The translations under genes and the position numbers were made by a program. From Candidatus Falkowbacteria bacterium (GTDB lineage Bacteria > Patescibacteriota > Patescibacteriia > Patescibacteriales > UBA12465), in assembly GCA_037132255.1 (NCBI GenBank), contig JBAXPN010000001.1, positions 17,020 through 81,019 of the forward strand: DNA of 64,000 nt, read 5' to 3'. Shown one piece after another: positions 17,879-27,652 of this stretch. The notes under the pieces were generated by a model. The model worked only from the letters and a program-made list of their open reading frames with translations, made no database searches and had not been told where the DNA came from. How positions within the stretch are numbered: position 1 is the first letter of the stretch; each line of letters starts with the position of its first letter.

Positions 17879-18421
17879 TTTATTTGTCCATTCAACAAGA
17901 GCAACGAGCATTTCAGCGATTTTCTCTTTTGTTTTATCATCATTAATTTCTCCCTTCTCGTCGATTTTATCTTGGGCCATGCCAATCATTACTTCTGGCT
18001 TATTGATCGGATACATATCAAGAAAAACTAAACATTGTCTTAGATGATATTGCATACGAGCTGTTGCAATATTACCGACTGAAGCGCCCATAATAGCGGC
18101 CGGCTTACCAGCGAAGCTATTCTCACCCCAGGGGCGGGAAGCGACATCAAGGGCGTTTTTTAAGACGCCAGGGATAGAGTAATTATACTCGGGGCTAGAA
18201 AAGAGAAGCGCATCAGCGCTTTTTATTTTGGCTTTAAAATCCGTAATGGCCGGGATATTTGTATATTCCAGGTCCTGGTTATAAAGAGGAATGTTTTCCA
18301 AAGTAATTATCTCGAGTTCAACCTCAGGCGGCAATAATTTAGCAGCTGCCCGTAAAAGAGCGAGGTTATAGGATTCTTTCCGTAAACTACCGGAAATACC
18401 CAATATTTTAATTTTTTTCAT
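17870..18421 (-). CDS. NAD(P)H-dependent FMN reductase (ChrR/YieF-like)
   Basis: ILGISGSLRKESYN, SPEYNYSIPGVLKNALDVASRP. Its 3' end overlaps the convergent GT4 gene by 9 bp. Confidence 0.8.
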   Translation of the reverse strand: MKKIKILGISGSLRKESYNLALLRAAAKLLPPEVELEIITLENIPLYNQDLEYTNIPAITDFKAKIKSADALLFSSPEYNYSIPGVLKNALDVASRPWGENSFAGKPAAIMGASVGNIATARMQYHLRQCLVFLDMYPINKPEVMIGMAQDKIDEKGEINDDKTKEKIAEMLVALVEWTNKLA

Positions 18422-18496
18422 ATTTGATTCGTTTATTTAATAATAGCTATAATATATTACGCTTACTCAATGAATTAAATTTTAGAGCTGGATTAA

Positions 18497-18544
18497 TGAC
18501 CCCTTATGACCTCTATTGACCCCTTTAATAGGAAAGGATATAAT
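18497..18544 (+). promoter_or_regulatory. Near-consensus sigma-70 promoter (TTGACC-17-TATAAT) overlapped by three TGACC direct repeats at a 10-bp period
   Basis: TGACC at 18497, 18507 and 18517; the outer two repeats share the 9-mer TGACCCCTT. The -35 box is 18516-18521 and the -10 box is 18539-18544. ATG 18551 lies 6 nt after the -10. Confidence 0.6.
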
Positions 18545-18550
18545 TGAGTT

Positions 18551-18799
18551 ATGAATCAAGAAATACGTCCAAACGCGGTCTATACGACTAGCGAAACAGA
18601 AGCTCTGCTTAAGATCAGCAATAGCACGCTGAAGCGTCTTTTGAAGAAGGGAATTCTTAAAGCGAATAAGGTTGGTAAGCAATATCGCATTCTCGGGCTT
18701 GAGATTTTAAAGCTAGTCTCTCCTGTCGTTGAGGAGAAGGCAGTTAGTGCTTATCTTAATTTAAAGAAAAAGGTAATTGAGAAAACTAGTGAATGGTAA
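18551..18799 (+). CDS. Excisionase-family (MerR-like) helix-turn-helix DNA-binding protein
   Basis: YTTSETEALLKISNSTLKRLLKKGILKANKVGKQYRI matches the HTH_17/excisionase pattern. It is the first gene of the plus-strand glycan operon. Confidence 0.7.
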   Translation: MNQEIRPNAVYTTSETEALLKISNSTLKRLLKKGILKANKVGKQYRILGLEILKLVSPVVEEKAVSAYLNLKKKVIEKTSEW

Positions 18800-18811
18800 T
18801 TAATTAATAAA

Positions 18812-20080
18812 ATGATATTAACTGCCAAAAACATTAAGAAGAGGATAGGAGAAATCTGGTCTCATGCTGGATTCCGGCGGTATTTTCGGAATACGGGCTG
18901 GCTGTTTGCTTTTCGGATTGCGAGCATGCTGGTTTCTTTTTTGGTTTCGATTTCAGTGGCAAGATATTTGGGCCCGGAAAATCTGGGAATAATAAATTAC
19001 TCGGTAAGTTTAGTTGGATTGTTTTCTTTTTTAGCGAGTTTAGGAATTGATAGTATTTTATATCGAGATTTAGTCAACGAGCCGGAGAAAGAAAATAAGC
19101 TAATGGGTACAGCGTTTTTTTTGAGACTTTTTGGATCAGTATTAGCTTTTATTGGCGTTATTATTACGATGATAGTTCTTCACGGTAATGCTTTAACCAA
19201 TGCGATTATTTTAATTATTGCCTCCGGTTATATTTTTCAAGCATTTTTAGTAATCCCATTTTATTTTCAGGCAAAAGTTATTTCTAAACATCTAGCACTA
19301 TCAATGTTTTTCGGAGTGTTTGTTTTATCGGCGCTTAAATTATTATTAATGTTTGTAAGCGCGAATATATTTTACTTTGCGATTGTTTTGCTACTCGAGC
19401 CAATATTGTATATGGTGATTTATTGGTTTATTTATAATCAGGCTGGTCGGAAAATTTTTGATTGGCGATTTGATAAAAAAATAGCCAAAACAATGCTGCT
19501 TGTTTCTTGGCCATTAATGTTTACCGGTGCTTTCGCGGCAATATATTCGCGCATCGATCAAGTAATGCTTGGCTCTTTACTAAACGCGAGAGCGGTCGGT
19601 ATTTATAGTGTTTCCGCTCTACTTTCAGAGTATTGGTATTTTGTTCCTTTAGGAATAGTTAGTTCTTTGGTACCGGCGATAATAAACGGGAAAAAGTCGG
19701 GAGAGATAACTTATAAAAAACGTTTAAAAAGCCTTCTGGGTTTAGTGGCATTAATCGGTTTAGCTGCGGCCGCTTTTTTTACGATATTTTCCGATTGGAT
19801 AATCCAGTTTTTTTACGGCGCAAATTATATTGAAGCGGCAAATGTTTTAAAGATATATATATGGGGCGGAATCGGTATGAGTTTAGGATTTGTTGTTAAT
19901 CAGCTTTTGATTATAGAAAATAAAACAAAGATAATTTTTATTTTTGGTTTAATTAGTATGTTGGTTAATGTAATCTTGAATTTAGTATTGATACCGAGAT
20001 TCGGTATGCATGGGGCGGCGATCGCAACGCTTATTTCATACTCGATAATTCCGCTTCCGATTTTGTTTATTAAATATTAA
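18812..20080 (+). CDS. Oligosaccharide flippase (Wzx-like, MOP superfamily)
   Basis: 422 aa with ~12 predicted TM helices. Lies in a glycan-locus context. Confidence 0.7.
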   Translation: MILTAKNIKKRIGEIWSHAGFRRYFRNTGWLFAFRIASMLVSFLVSISVARYLGPENLGIINYSVSLVGLFSFLASLGIDSILYRDLVNEPEKENKLMGTAFFLRLFGSVLAFIGVIITMIVLHGNALTNAIILIIASGYIFQAFLVIPFYFQAKVISKHLALSMFFGVFVLSALKLLLMFVSANIFYFAIVLLLEPILYMVIYWFIYNQAGRKIFDWRFDKKIAKTMLLVSWPLMFTGAFAAIYSRIDQVMLGSLLNARAVGIYSVSALLSEYWYFVPLGIVSSLVPAIINGKKSGEITYKKRLKSLLGLVALIGLAAAAFFTIFSDWIIQFFYGANYIEAANVLKIYIWGGIGMSLGFVVNQLLIIENKTKIIFIFGLISMLVNVILNLVLIPRFGMHGAAIATLISYSIIPLPILFIKY

Positions 20081-20087
20081 TTTGCAT

Positions 20088-20960
20088 ATGATTTCAGTAA
20101 AAGTAAGTGGAGGTCTAGGAAATCAAATGTTCCAATATGCTATTGGGCGGAATTTAGCTGAAAAGAATAATACCCAGCTTAAATTAGATATCACCGCCCT
20201 TTTAAATAGCTTGCCGAAAAAGGATTTTAGTTTTAGAGAGTTTGGTCTAGATGTATTTCAAGTGAAATATAAATTCAATATTTGTTCTCGTCTGGCGCTA
20301 GCAACTGGATTAAAAAATATATTTTTTATCATGAATAAAGTGGGTCTCATTTTTAGGAATAAAATTAGACCAATAATAGTAGAGAAGGGACAATTTAATT
20401 TCGAGGAAAAAGTTTTAGATTTGAAGGATGAGTTATATTTAGATGGTTATTGGCAAAATGAGAGATATTTTTTAGAAATATCTGATATAATTAGGCAAGA
20501 GTTTTTATTAAAAAATTCGCTTGATGGTTGGGCAAGTAATTGGCAAAAGCAAATAAACTCAGTCAATTCAGTTGCTATTCATATCAGAAGGGGCGACTAT
20601 GTTAACCTGGGGCTGAGTGAAATTTGCGGGCTAGATTATTATGAGAGAGCAATTGAATTAATTAAATCAAAAATTGAAAATCCTGAATTCTTTATCTTTT
20701 CCGATGATCCCAAATGGGCTAGTGATAATTTTTCCGGAGATAATATTCACATTGTTTCAAGTATAGAGAATAAAAGTGCGGCAATTGAAATGTATTTGAT
20801 GTCGGCCTGTGCTCATCAAATTATCGCCAATAGTTCCTTTAGTTGGTGGGGCGCGTGGTTAAATAAAAATATAAATAAAATAGTTATTGCTCCGAGTAAG
20901 TGGACAATTGGGACAGAAAATAGTCCCATTCTTACAACTTGGATAAAGGCACATGTATGA
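20088..20960 (+). CDS. Alpha-1,2-fucosyltransferase-like glycosyltransferase (GT11), intact copy
   Basis: GT11 motifs GGLGNQMFQYA, GYWQNERYF, HIRRGDY, ANSSFSWWGAWL. The track starts at TTG 20082; ATG is at 20088. Confidence 0.8.
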   Translation: MISVKVSGGLGNQMFQYAIGRNLAEKNNTQLKLDITALLNSLPKKDFSFREFGLDVFQVKYKFNICSRLALATGLKNIFFIMNKVGLIFRNKIRPIIVEKGQFNFEEKVLDLKDELYLDGYWQNERYFLEISDIIRQEFLLKNSLDGWASNWQKQINSVNSVAIHIRRGDYVNLGLSEICGLDYYERAIELIKSKIENPEFFIFSDDPKWASDNFSGDNIHIVSSIENKSAAIEMYLMSACAHQIIANSSFSWWGAWLNKNINKIVIAPSKWTIGTENSPILTTWIKAHV

Positions 20961-21877
20961 TTAAAGATAATTTAACATTTAAGCAGTGGATGAAGAAAAT
21001 ATTACCCGCAAGGAGTCTTTATTATCTTGATAGAATCTATCGTAAAATAATTAAATTTGCCCCAGTCGTTAGCAAAATTTCGAATTTTTATGTCCCTATT
21101 TATCAAGGAGCGAAATCAGATATTAAAAATGATGTTAATGATGACCAAGATTCAATTTCTGTAATTTTGAGTGGATACAAACGACCACACACGCTGACGG
21201 AACAAATTATTTCTGTAAAAAATCAGACACACAAGCCGAAAGAGATATTATTTTGGCAAAATAAATCTGATAAAATAGTAAATTTTGATAAGAAAGCAGT
21301 TTCTCAGATGAAGGCTGCAATATCAAATTATAATTTTGGCGTATGGGCGCGATTTGCCTTCGCTCTTAATTGTAAATCTGAATATGTTTGTATATTAGAC
21401 GATGATACAATTCCTGGGAGTCGATGGTTGGAAAATTGTCTTGCCTCATATAAAAAAAAGCCAGGACTTTATGGCACAATTGGATTAATTTTTGAATCAA
21501 CCGAGACTTATTACAAGGCACAAAGACTGGGCTGGGATGGCATTAATAATCATGACATAACCGAAGTTGATATTGTTGGGCATGCTTGGTTTTTTAAAAG
21601 AGAATCTCTATCTATGTATTGGAGAGACTTGCCGGATTTTGAAGATGTTTATGTGGGAGAGGATATGCATTTTTCTCATATGTTGCAAAAATATAGCGAC
21701 ATGAAAACGTATGTTCCTCCACACCCAATTAATTCGATGGAAATGTGGGGAAGTATCAAGGGAGAAAAATATGGAAGCGATGCAGTGGCTACTGCTGGTT
21801 TTGCTGTTCCCATAATGGACAAGTATTACAAAAAAATAATATCAAGGGGTTTTAAAATTATCAATGAAAATAAATAA
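20957..21877 (+). CDS. GT-A fold glycosyltransferase (DxD type), family uncertain
   Basis: SVILSGYKRPHTLTEQIISVKNQT plus ILDDDTIPG (DxD). The ATGA overlap with the upstream stop suggests translational coupling. Confidence 0.45.
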   Translation: MIKDNLTFKQWMKKILPARSLYYLDRIYRKIIKFAPVVSKISNFYVPIYQGAKSDIKNDVNDDQDSISVILSGYKRPHTLTEQIISVKNQTHKPKEILFWQNKSDKIVNFDKKAVSQMKAAISNYNFGVWARFAFALNCKSEYVCILDDDTIPGSRWLENCLASYKKKPGLYGTIGLIFESTETYYKAQRLGWDGINNHDITEVDIVGHAWFFKRESLSMYWRDLPDFEDVYVGEDMHFSHMLQKYSDMKTYVPPHPINSMEMWGSIKGEKYGSDAVATAGFAVPIMDKYYKKIISRGFKIINENK

Positions 21878-21892
21878 TTTTATATAAATAAT

Positions 21893-22582
21893 ATGAAAAC
21901 ATTTAGAGGGGAGATAGAAAAGATACTTGAAATGTTAAAATCAGAAAAGAAATTTTCGTTTAGTAAATATGCTGATGGAGAATGGTCTATAATGGAAGGA
22001 AGACGTTTAAATAATAAAGAGTTTAGTTTTTCATTTTTTGATAAATTTTACAAAAATAAATTAATTGAATCATTTAGGTTTCGAGATGAAAATTATTTTG
22101 TTGGTATAAGCTGTTTTTGTTGTCAGGGAGATAATTATTATAAAATGAAAGAATTTTGCGGCCAAGATGAAGAACATCTAACATTTGCGAATATTTTTGT
22201 TAACTCGAATTATGCCTTTTACGTTGATAATTTTATAGATGAATATAAAAAACGAGACATAGTTTTAGTTGCTAACAAGAATTCAAAAATAGAAAAATTA
22301 CCATTCGAAATAGAAAAGTTTTATCCAGTAGGTTTCTCTGCATGGAAGAAAAACTATAATTTAGCCGAAATAATAAAAAAAGAGAAATATAAAAACAAAT
22401 TATTTCTTTTTGCCTGTGGGCCTCTGGGTAATATTTTAGCTCATCAGCTTTGGGAGGATAATAAGGACAATGTTTATTTAGACATTGGGTCGACATTGAA
22501 TCCTTGGTTGCAAAGTGAGGGCTTCAAGAGAGACTACTATTGCGATGGCGCAAATAGTAAAAAAGAATGCATTTGGGCTTAG
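21893..22582 (+). CDS. Hypothetical; possible GT-D (DUF1792-like) glycosyltransferase
   Basis: N-terminal FSKYADGEWSIM resembles the family's FGDGE metal-binding motif. Lies in a glycan-locus context. Weak call. Confidence 0.3.
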   Translation: MKTFRGEIEKILEMLKSEKKFSFSKYADGEWSIMEGRRLNNKEFSFSFFDKFYKNKLIESFRFRDENYFVGISCFCCQGDNYYKMKEFCGQDEEHLTFANIFVNSNYAFYVDNFIDEYKKRDIVLVANKNSKIEKLPFEIEKFYPVGFSAWKKNYNLAEIIKKEKYKNKLFLFACGPLGNILAHQLWEDNKDNVYLDIGSTLNPWLQSEGFKRDYYCDGANSKKECIWA

Positions 22583-22613
22583 TAGTTTTTAATATGTTTT
22601 ATTGAAATTATTT

Positions 22614-23714
22614 ATGAAGAAAAATAGTAAGATTAAAATAGCTATTATCCTTGGAACTCGTCCAGAAATAATAAAAATGTCGCCAATAATTAGACAATGT
22701 AAAAAGCAAAATATTGATTTCTTTATTATACATTCCAATCAGCATTACGCGGAAAAATTAGATAAGATTTTTTTTAAAGAGTTAAACTTGCCAAGACCAA
22801 AATACAATCTTAATGTCGGCTCAGGCAAACATGGTGAAATAACTGGGAGAATGCTGCTTTTAATAGAAGAAATATTAATTAAAGAGTCTCCAAGTAGAGT
22901 TTTAGTTCAGGGAGACACGAATACTGTTTTGGCGGGTGGGTTAGCTGCTAGAAAATTAAATATTCCTGTTGGACACATCGAGGCTGGATTACGCTCTTAT
23001 GATGAAGAAATGCCTGAAGAGGTTAATCGAGTCCTAGTCGACCACTTAGCTGCTTATTTATTTCCGCCGACTGAATTAGCAAAACGGAATCTCGTAAAGG
23101 AGGGTATTGATAAAAACAGAATTTATGTAACAGGCAATACGGTCGTTGATTCGTTATTTGAAAATCTAGAGATAGCTAATCGAAAATCTAAAATAATGGC
23201 AAATTTAAAAATAAATTCCAAACAATATATTCTAGCAACAGCCCATAGACAGGAAAATGTTGACAACAAGGTAAGATTGATAAATATAATGGACGGACTT
23301 TCACGCTTAAGCAAAGAATTAAAAATACCTGTGATTATTCCGGCGCATCCGCGATTAATAAAAATGTTAGAAATTTTCGCGATTAAAGTTGGGGATACAA
23401 TTAAGTTTATCCCTCCGTTGGGCTATCTAGATTTTCTTGTTTTAGAAAAAAATGCCTTAGTTATCGCTACGGACTCAGGCGGGGTCCAGGAGGAAGCCTG
23501 TGTACTAAATATACCTTGTATTACGCTAAGAAATAATACAGAACGCCCGGAAACTATTGATGTTGGTGCAAATATATTAGTTGGAACTAACCCAGATTCG
23601 ATATTAAGAGGGGGGAAAAAAATACTAAAGAATGTGAAAAAATGGAAAAATCCCTTTGGTACTGGACATGCCGCTGAAAAAATAATAACAATAATAATTA
23701 AGCAAAAATTATAA
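22614..23714 (+). CDS. wecB: UDP-N-acetylglucosamine 2-epimerase (non-hydrolysing)
   Basis: LGTRPEIIKMSP, VQGDTNTVLAG, GHIEAGLRS, TDSGGVQEEA, RNNTERPE. The track starts at TTG 22602. Confidence 0.88.
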   Translation: MKKNSKIKIAIILGTRPEIIKMSPIIRQCKKQNIDFFIIHSNQHYAEKLDKIFFKELNLPRPKYNLNVGSGKHGEITGRMLLLIEEILIKESPSRVLVQGDTNTVLAGGLAARKLNIPVGHIEAGLRSYDEEMPEEVNRVLVDHLAAYLFPPTELAKRNLVKEGIDKNRIYVTGNTVVDSLFENLEIANRKSKIMANLKINSKQYILATAHRQENVDNKVRLINIMDGLSRLSKELKIPVIIPAHPRLIKMLEIFAIKVGDTIKFIPPLGYLDFLVLEKNALVIATDSGGVQEEACVLNIPCITLRNNTERPETIDVGANILVGTNPDSILRGGKKILKNVKKWKNPFGTGHAAEKIITIIIKQKL

Positions 23715-23745
23715 TTATGTATTGTAGATAAATTTAAAACAATTT

Positions 23746-24648
23746 ATGCAAATATCATTATTAACAAGAAGGCCTGGAGTATTTAACATTGATTATTTAA
23801 AAGAAATAATTAAGCGTCTTTTGAATAAAAAATCTGGACCGCTTTCTGTTCTGGAAAGTATGAAGAGGGGCCTCTCTTTTCTTGGCGTAGAGTATTCAGT
23901 TAATGATAAAATATTTGAGATTGTCCATGTTGTTAGTGGCGTTAATGCTCTGCGTTATGCGCTTGATTTGAAAAAGAAGAATTTAATTAAAACTTTAATC
24001 GTCGGGCCGGCGATTATCGCTTCTCCGGAAGAAGAAGGCGGTATTATTAATGACCCTAGTATCGATGTTATAGTTTTTCCGTCTCAGTGGACAAAGAATT
24101 ACTTTTGCTCAAAGTTACCAGAACTAAAAGATAAGATAGAACTTTGGCCAGCCGGAGTAATGGACTTAGGTGAAAATAGCCAGGACAAAGAAGGGGTATT
24201 AATTTTTAATAAGAATAATGTTAAATTAACAGGAGAAATATCCGGATATTTAAATAATAAAATTAAATATAGTATTATTAAATATGGTAAGTTTAAGCGA
24301 GAAGATTATTATAAATTATTAGATGCAAATAAATATCTAATTTATCTTTCTGATTCCGAAAGTCAGGGTTTAGCCCTTCAAGAAGCCTGGATGAGAAATG
24401 TGCCAACATTTGTTTATAATCGGGGTTATTGGCAATTAGGTTCTAATAAATGGACGGATGAAAAGATAAGCGCGCCATATTTAAATGATGAGACGGGAAT
24501 GTTTTTTAAAGATATAGAAGATTTTAAAAATAAGTTCGATATATTTATATCGCAAAAATATAATCCTAGAAAATATTGTTTAGAGAATTTAAGTGATAGA
24601 AAGTCGGCAGAAATATTAATAAATATAATTAATAAATATGTTAAATAA
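23746..24648 (+). CDS. Putative GT-B glycosyltransferase (GT1/GT4-like C-terminal half)
   Basis: YLSDSESQGLALQEAWMRNVPTF resembles the GT4 E-x7-E region. The N-terminal half is not recognisable. Confidence 0.45.
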   Translation: MQISLLTRRPGVFNIDYLKEIIKRLLNKKSGPLSVLESMKRGLSFLGVEYSVNDKIFEIVHVVSGVNALRYALDLKKKNLIKTLIVGPAIIASPEEEGGIINDPSIDVIVFPSQWTKNYFCSKLPELKDKIELWPAGVMDLGENSQDKEGVLIFNKNNVKLTGEISGYLNNKIKYSIIKYGKFKREDYYKLLDANKYLIYLSDSESQGLALQEAWMRNVPTFVYNRGYWQLGSNKWTDEKISAPYLNDETGMFFKDIEDFKNKFDIFISQKYNPRKYCLENLSDRKSAEILINIINKYVK

Positions 24649-25300
24649 GATTTTATTTAAACTTTTTGGGGTTCGTCTGATAAGCAGTCAATGTGGAGAG
24701 GACTTAATTATTGAGACCCTGCTCCCGTTTAAAAAAGAAGGATTTTATATTGATGTCGGCGCTAATCATCCGATAAAATATAATAATACTTTTTTATTTA
24801 AGAATAAGGGTTGGCGGGGAATTAATATTGAGCCGAATCCGAAAAGAATGAAATTGTTTAAAATGTTGAGACGAAGAGATGTTAACTTAAATGTCGGTAT
24901 TGGGCAGACAGAATCAGAATTAGATTTTTATGTTTTTGACGAACATACTTTAAGCACATTTGATACAAATTCAGTCGAAGAGTTTAAAAAAATTGGTCAT
25001 AAAGTTATAGAAGTTATTAAAGTACCTATTGTGCCTTTAAAAAATATTCTCGAAAAATATTGCGCGAAGCAAGAAATTGATTTGCTTTCTGTCGACACAG
25101 AGGGCTACGATCTCGAAGTATTGAAAAGTAATGATTGGAATAAGTTCCGTCCCCGATTCATTATTATTGAAACGCTTGAATATCGCAAAGAAGGAGAAGG
25201 GAAGAAACTAAATAATATATACGATAGCTTCATGTTAGAAGTTGGGTATAATAAAATAGCTGACACATATATAAATACAATTTATGAAAAAATCAACTAA
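24638..25300 (+). CDS. FkbM-family methyltransferase
   Basis: IDVGANHP...NIEPNP...LLSVDTEGYDLEVLKS follows the FkbM pattern. Confidence 0.75.
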   Translation: MLNKILFKLFGVRLISSQCGEDLIIETLLPFKKEGFYIDVGANHPIKYNNTFLFKNKGWRGINIEPNPKRMKLFKMLRRRDVNLNVGIGQTESELDFYVFDEHTLSTFDTNSVEEFKKIGHKVIEVIKVPIVPLKNILEKYCAKQEIDLLSVDTEGYDLEVLKSNDWNKFRPRFIIIETLEYRKEGEGKKLNNIYDSFMLEVGYNKIADTYINTIYEKIN

Positions 25301-26030
25301 GAGAAAATTATTTAAACTTTATCGAATTACTACGGGTTTGCTTTCTTTCCGCGCCCCCGGATTCTTTCAAGATTATTTTGCTTTTAAATCCCGCGGGAGT
25401 GAACGCTTTAGCTTATCGCCATTTGATTTCTATCCGCGAATGGGTGAGAAAACTCCGAATACTGCCTTTGATGCTCATTACGTTTATCATACTTCTTGGG
25501 CGGCCAGAAAAGTTAAAGAGATAAATCCCGAAATACACACTGATATTTCTTCTAGCCTTTATTTTTGCGGACTTGTTTCGGCCTTTGTTCCTGTTGATTT
25601 TTACGACTATCGTCCAGCAGAATTAACTTTATCAGGCTTAAAAACAGCATCAGCTGATTTAACGAAACTATTTTTTGCGGATAATAGTATTAAGTCGATC
25701 TCTTGCATGCATACGATTGAACATGTTGGCCTTGGTCGCTATGGCGATCCGATTGACCCCGAGGGTGATATTACCGCCATTAATGAATTAAAGAGGGTAA
25801 CCGCAATCGGCGGCTCAATTCTGTTTGTTGTTCCAGTCGGAGTACCACGCATCGAATATAATGCCCATCGTATATATTCATATGAAATGATTATGGAATC
25901 TTTTAGTGGCATGAAGCTAAAAGAATTTTCCCTGATTAATGACTACGGAAAATTTATTACGAACGCTGACCCAAGTTTAGTTAAGGAGCAGAAGTATAGT
26001 TGCGGTTGTTTTTGGTTTATCAAAGAATAA
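25284..26030 (+). CDS. Class I SAM-dependent methyltransferase (DUF268/Methyltransf_11-like)
   Basis: FADNSIKSISCMHTIEHVGLGRYGDPIDPEGD and GGSILFVVP. Overlaps the upstream gene by 17 nt. Confidence 0.6.
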   Translation: MKKSTKRKLFKLYRITTGLLSFRAPGFFQDYFAFKSRGSERFSLSPFDFYPRMGEKTPNTAFDAHYVYHTSWAARKVKEINPEIHTDISSSLYFCGLVSAFVPVDFYDYRPAELTLSGLKTASADLTKLFFADNSIKSISCMHTIEHVGLGRYGDPIDPEGDITAINELKRVTAIGGSILFVVPVGVPRIEYNAHRIYSYEMIMESFSGMKLKEFSLINDYGKFITNADPSLVKEQKYSCGCFWFIKE

Positions 26031-26037
26031 TTTAATT

Positions 26038-26889
26038 ATGTTGATCGTTGAACTTCAAGGCGGATTAGGCAACCAATTATTCCAATATGCATTTGGACGT
26101 CGTTTGGCGATTATTCGAAATGAAGAATTATTTCTCGATGTGACTGGTTTAGAAAATAATCTTGTCATTAAGCGCGAATACGGTCTAGAGCCCTTCAATG
26201 TAATAGCGCGCTTAGCCGACCCTAAAGTAGTGGAGAAAATAAAATATCCCTATGGTTTATTTTCCAAGCTAATTATAATCTTTTATCAAAAGATATTGCG
26301 CTTATTTTATATTGGCTATGAGCCGCACCTTCTTAAGTCTAAGGCGAAATATTTTTCTGGATTTTTTTAGAGTTATAAATACTTAGAGCCGATATGCGGT
26401 GAGCTCCTAAAAGAAATAAGTCTTAAAGAATCGCTGGCTACAAAATACACAGAGCTTCTGGCAGAAATTTCAACGACAAATTCTGTTTCTTTGCATATTC
26501 GTCGTGGTGATTATGTATCCGACCCTAATACGAAAGCGGCGCACTATACCTACGGAATGGAATATTATTCTTCTGCGATTAAATTAATCGATTCTAAATT
26601 AGATAATCCGGTTTATTTTATTTTCTCCGATGATATTGCTTGGGTAAAGGAGAATTTAAAGATTAGTTCTTCGGTAATATTTGTTTCCGCTCCGAGTACA
26701 CATGACTACGAGGAATTAATGCTGATGAGTAAATGTAAAAATAATATTATTGCTAATTCAAGTTTTAGTTTTTGGGGAGCCTGGCTCAATCAGAATAGTA
26801 ATAAAATAGTCATTGCGCCGAAAAGGTGGAATAATGTTTATGAAAGCGAGTATAAAGAATTACTCCCTCATTCTTGGTTAAAAATATAA
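26038..26889 (+). pseudogene. Second GT11 fucosyltransferase-like gene interrupted by one in-frame TAG (26368-26370)
   Basis: Both track ORFs (26038-26370 and 26491-26889) are in the same frame. Reading through gives ...KYFSGFF*SYKYLEP...SLHIRRGDYV...ANSSFSFWGAWL. The TAG aligns with the Gln of the GYWQN/GYFQS motif. The C-terminal half has no ATG start. Confidence 0.75.
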
Positions 26890-26890
26890 T

Positions 26891-27652
26891 ATGGAAACAA
26901 AAGTTTCAATCATAATTTGTACTTATAATCGAGCAAACTATATCGCGCATGCGCTTGATAGTATTTTAATGCAGACTTATCAGGGCTACGAAGTTATTAT
27001 TATTGATGACGCCTCGACTGATGATACCGAAGAACTCGTAAAGAAATATTTATCTCTCGATATGAGAATTAAATATTTTAAGAATGAGAAAAATCTTGGA
27101 ATACCGAAGAGTCGCAATAAAGGAGTCGTCTTATCACAAGGTGAATATATTGCAATGCTCGATAGTGATGATTATTGGTTGAGCGCTGAAAAGATCGCTA
27201 AACAAATTGAATTACTTGATTCAGATAAAGAGCTTGGACTCATCGGCGCAGGAATTATTTGTATTGATGAAAATGATCAAGAAACAAAAAAAGATATCTT
27301 TGCGACAGAGGATTATGAAATTAGAGAGAGAATCTTAGCCAAGAACCAATTTATGCAATCGAGCGTAGTCTTCCGTAAAGATGCTTATAAAGTAGTTGGT
27401 GGCTATCAGGAAAAATTTACAGTTTGCGAGGATTTCGATTTATGGTTAGCGATAGGCAGTAAATATAAATTGGCGAATTTACTTGCGCCCATGGTTGCGT
27501 ATCGCCTTCACTCAGGTGGAATTTCTAAAACCAGAAAATTAGAAATCGCACGAACAACTGACGAAATTATCGATAAATATAAAAAAAATTACCCGAATTA
27601 TTTACGGGCAAAATTTAAATCAATTCTACGAATAATGAAGTCTTATGTCTAA
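26891..27652 (+). CDS. Glycosyltransferase family 2
   Basis: VSIIICTYNRANYIAHALDSILMQTY, DDASTDDT, LDSDD. Confidence 0.85.
   Translation: METKVSIIICTYNRANYIAHALDSILMQTYQGYEVIIIDDASTDDTEELVKKYLSLDMRIKYFKNEKNLGIPKSRNKGVVLSQGEYIAMLDSDDYWLSAEKIAKQIELLDSDKELGLIGAGIICIDENDQETKKDIFATEDYEIRERILAKNQFMQSSVVFRKDAYKVVGGYQEKFTVCEDFDLWLAIGSKYKLANLLAPMVAYRLHSGGISKTRKLEIARTTDEIIDKYKKNYPNYLRAKFKSILRIMKSYV

Noticed and set aside
23610-23622. A G6A7 homopolymer inside wecB as a possible contingency tract.
   Set aside because: It encodes the in-frame RGGKK segment near the C-terminus of an intact, conserved enzyme. There is no sign of frame disruption, and read-level variation data are lacking.
26359-26370. 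Slipped-strand phase variation at the T7 run ending in the TAG of the broken GT11 gene.
   Set aside because: The gene is already in frame across the run. Changing T7 to T6 or T8 creates new stops within a few codons, so length variation cannot restore the protein. A point nonsense change is the simpler reading.
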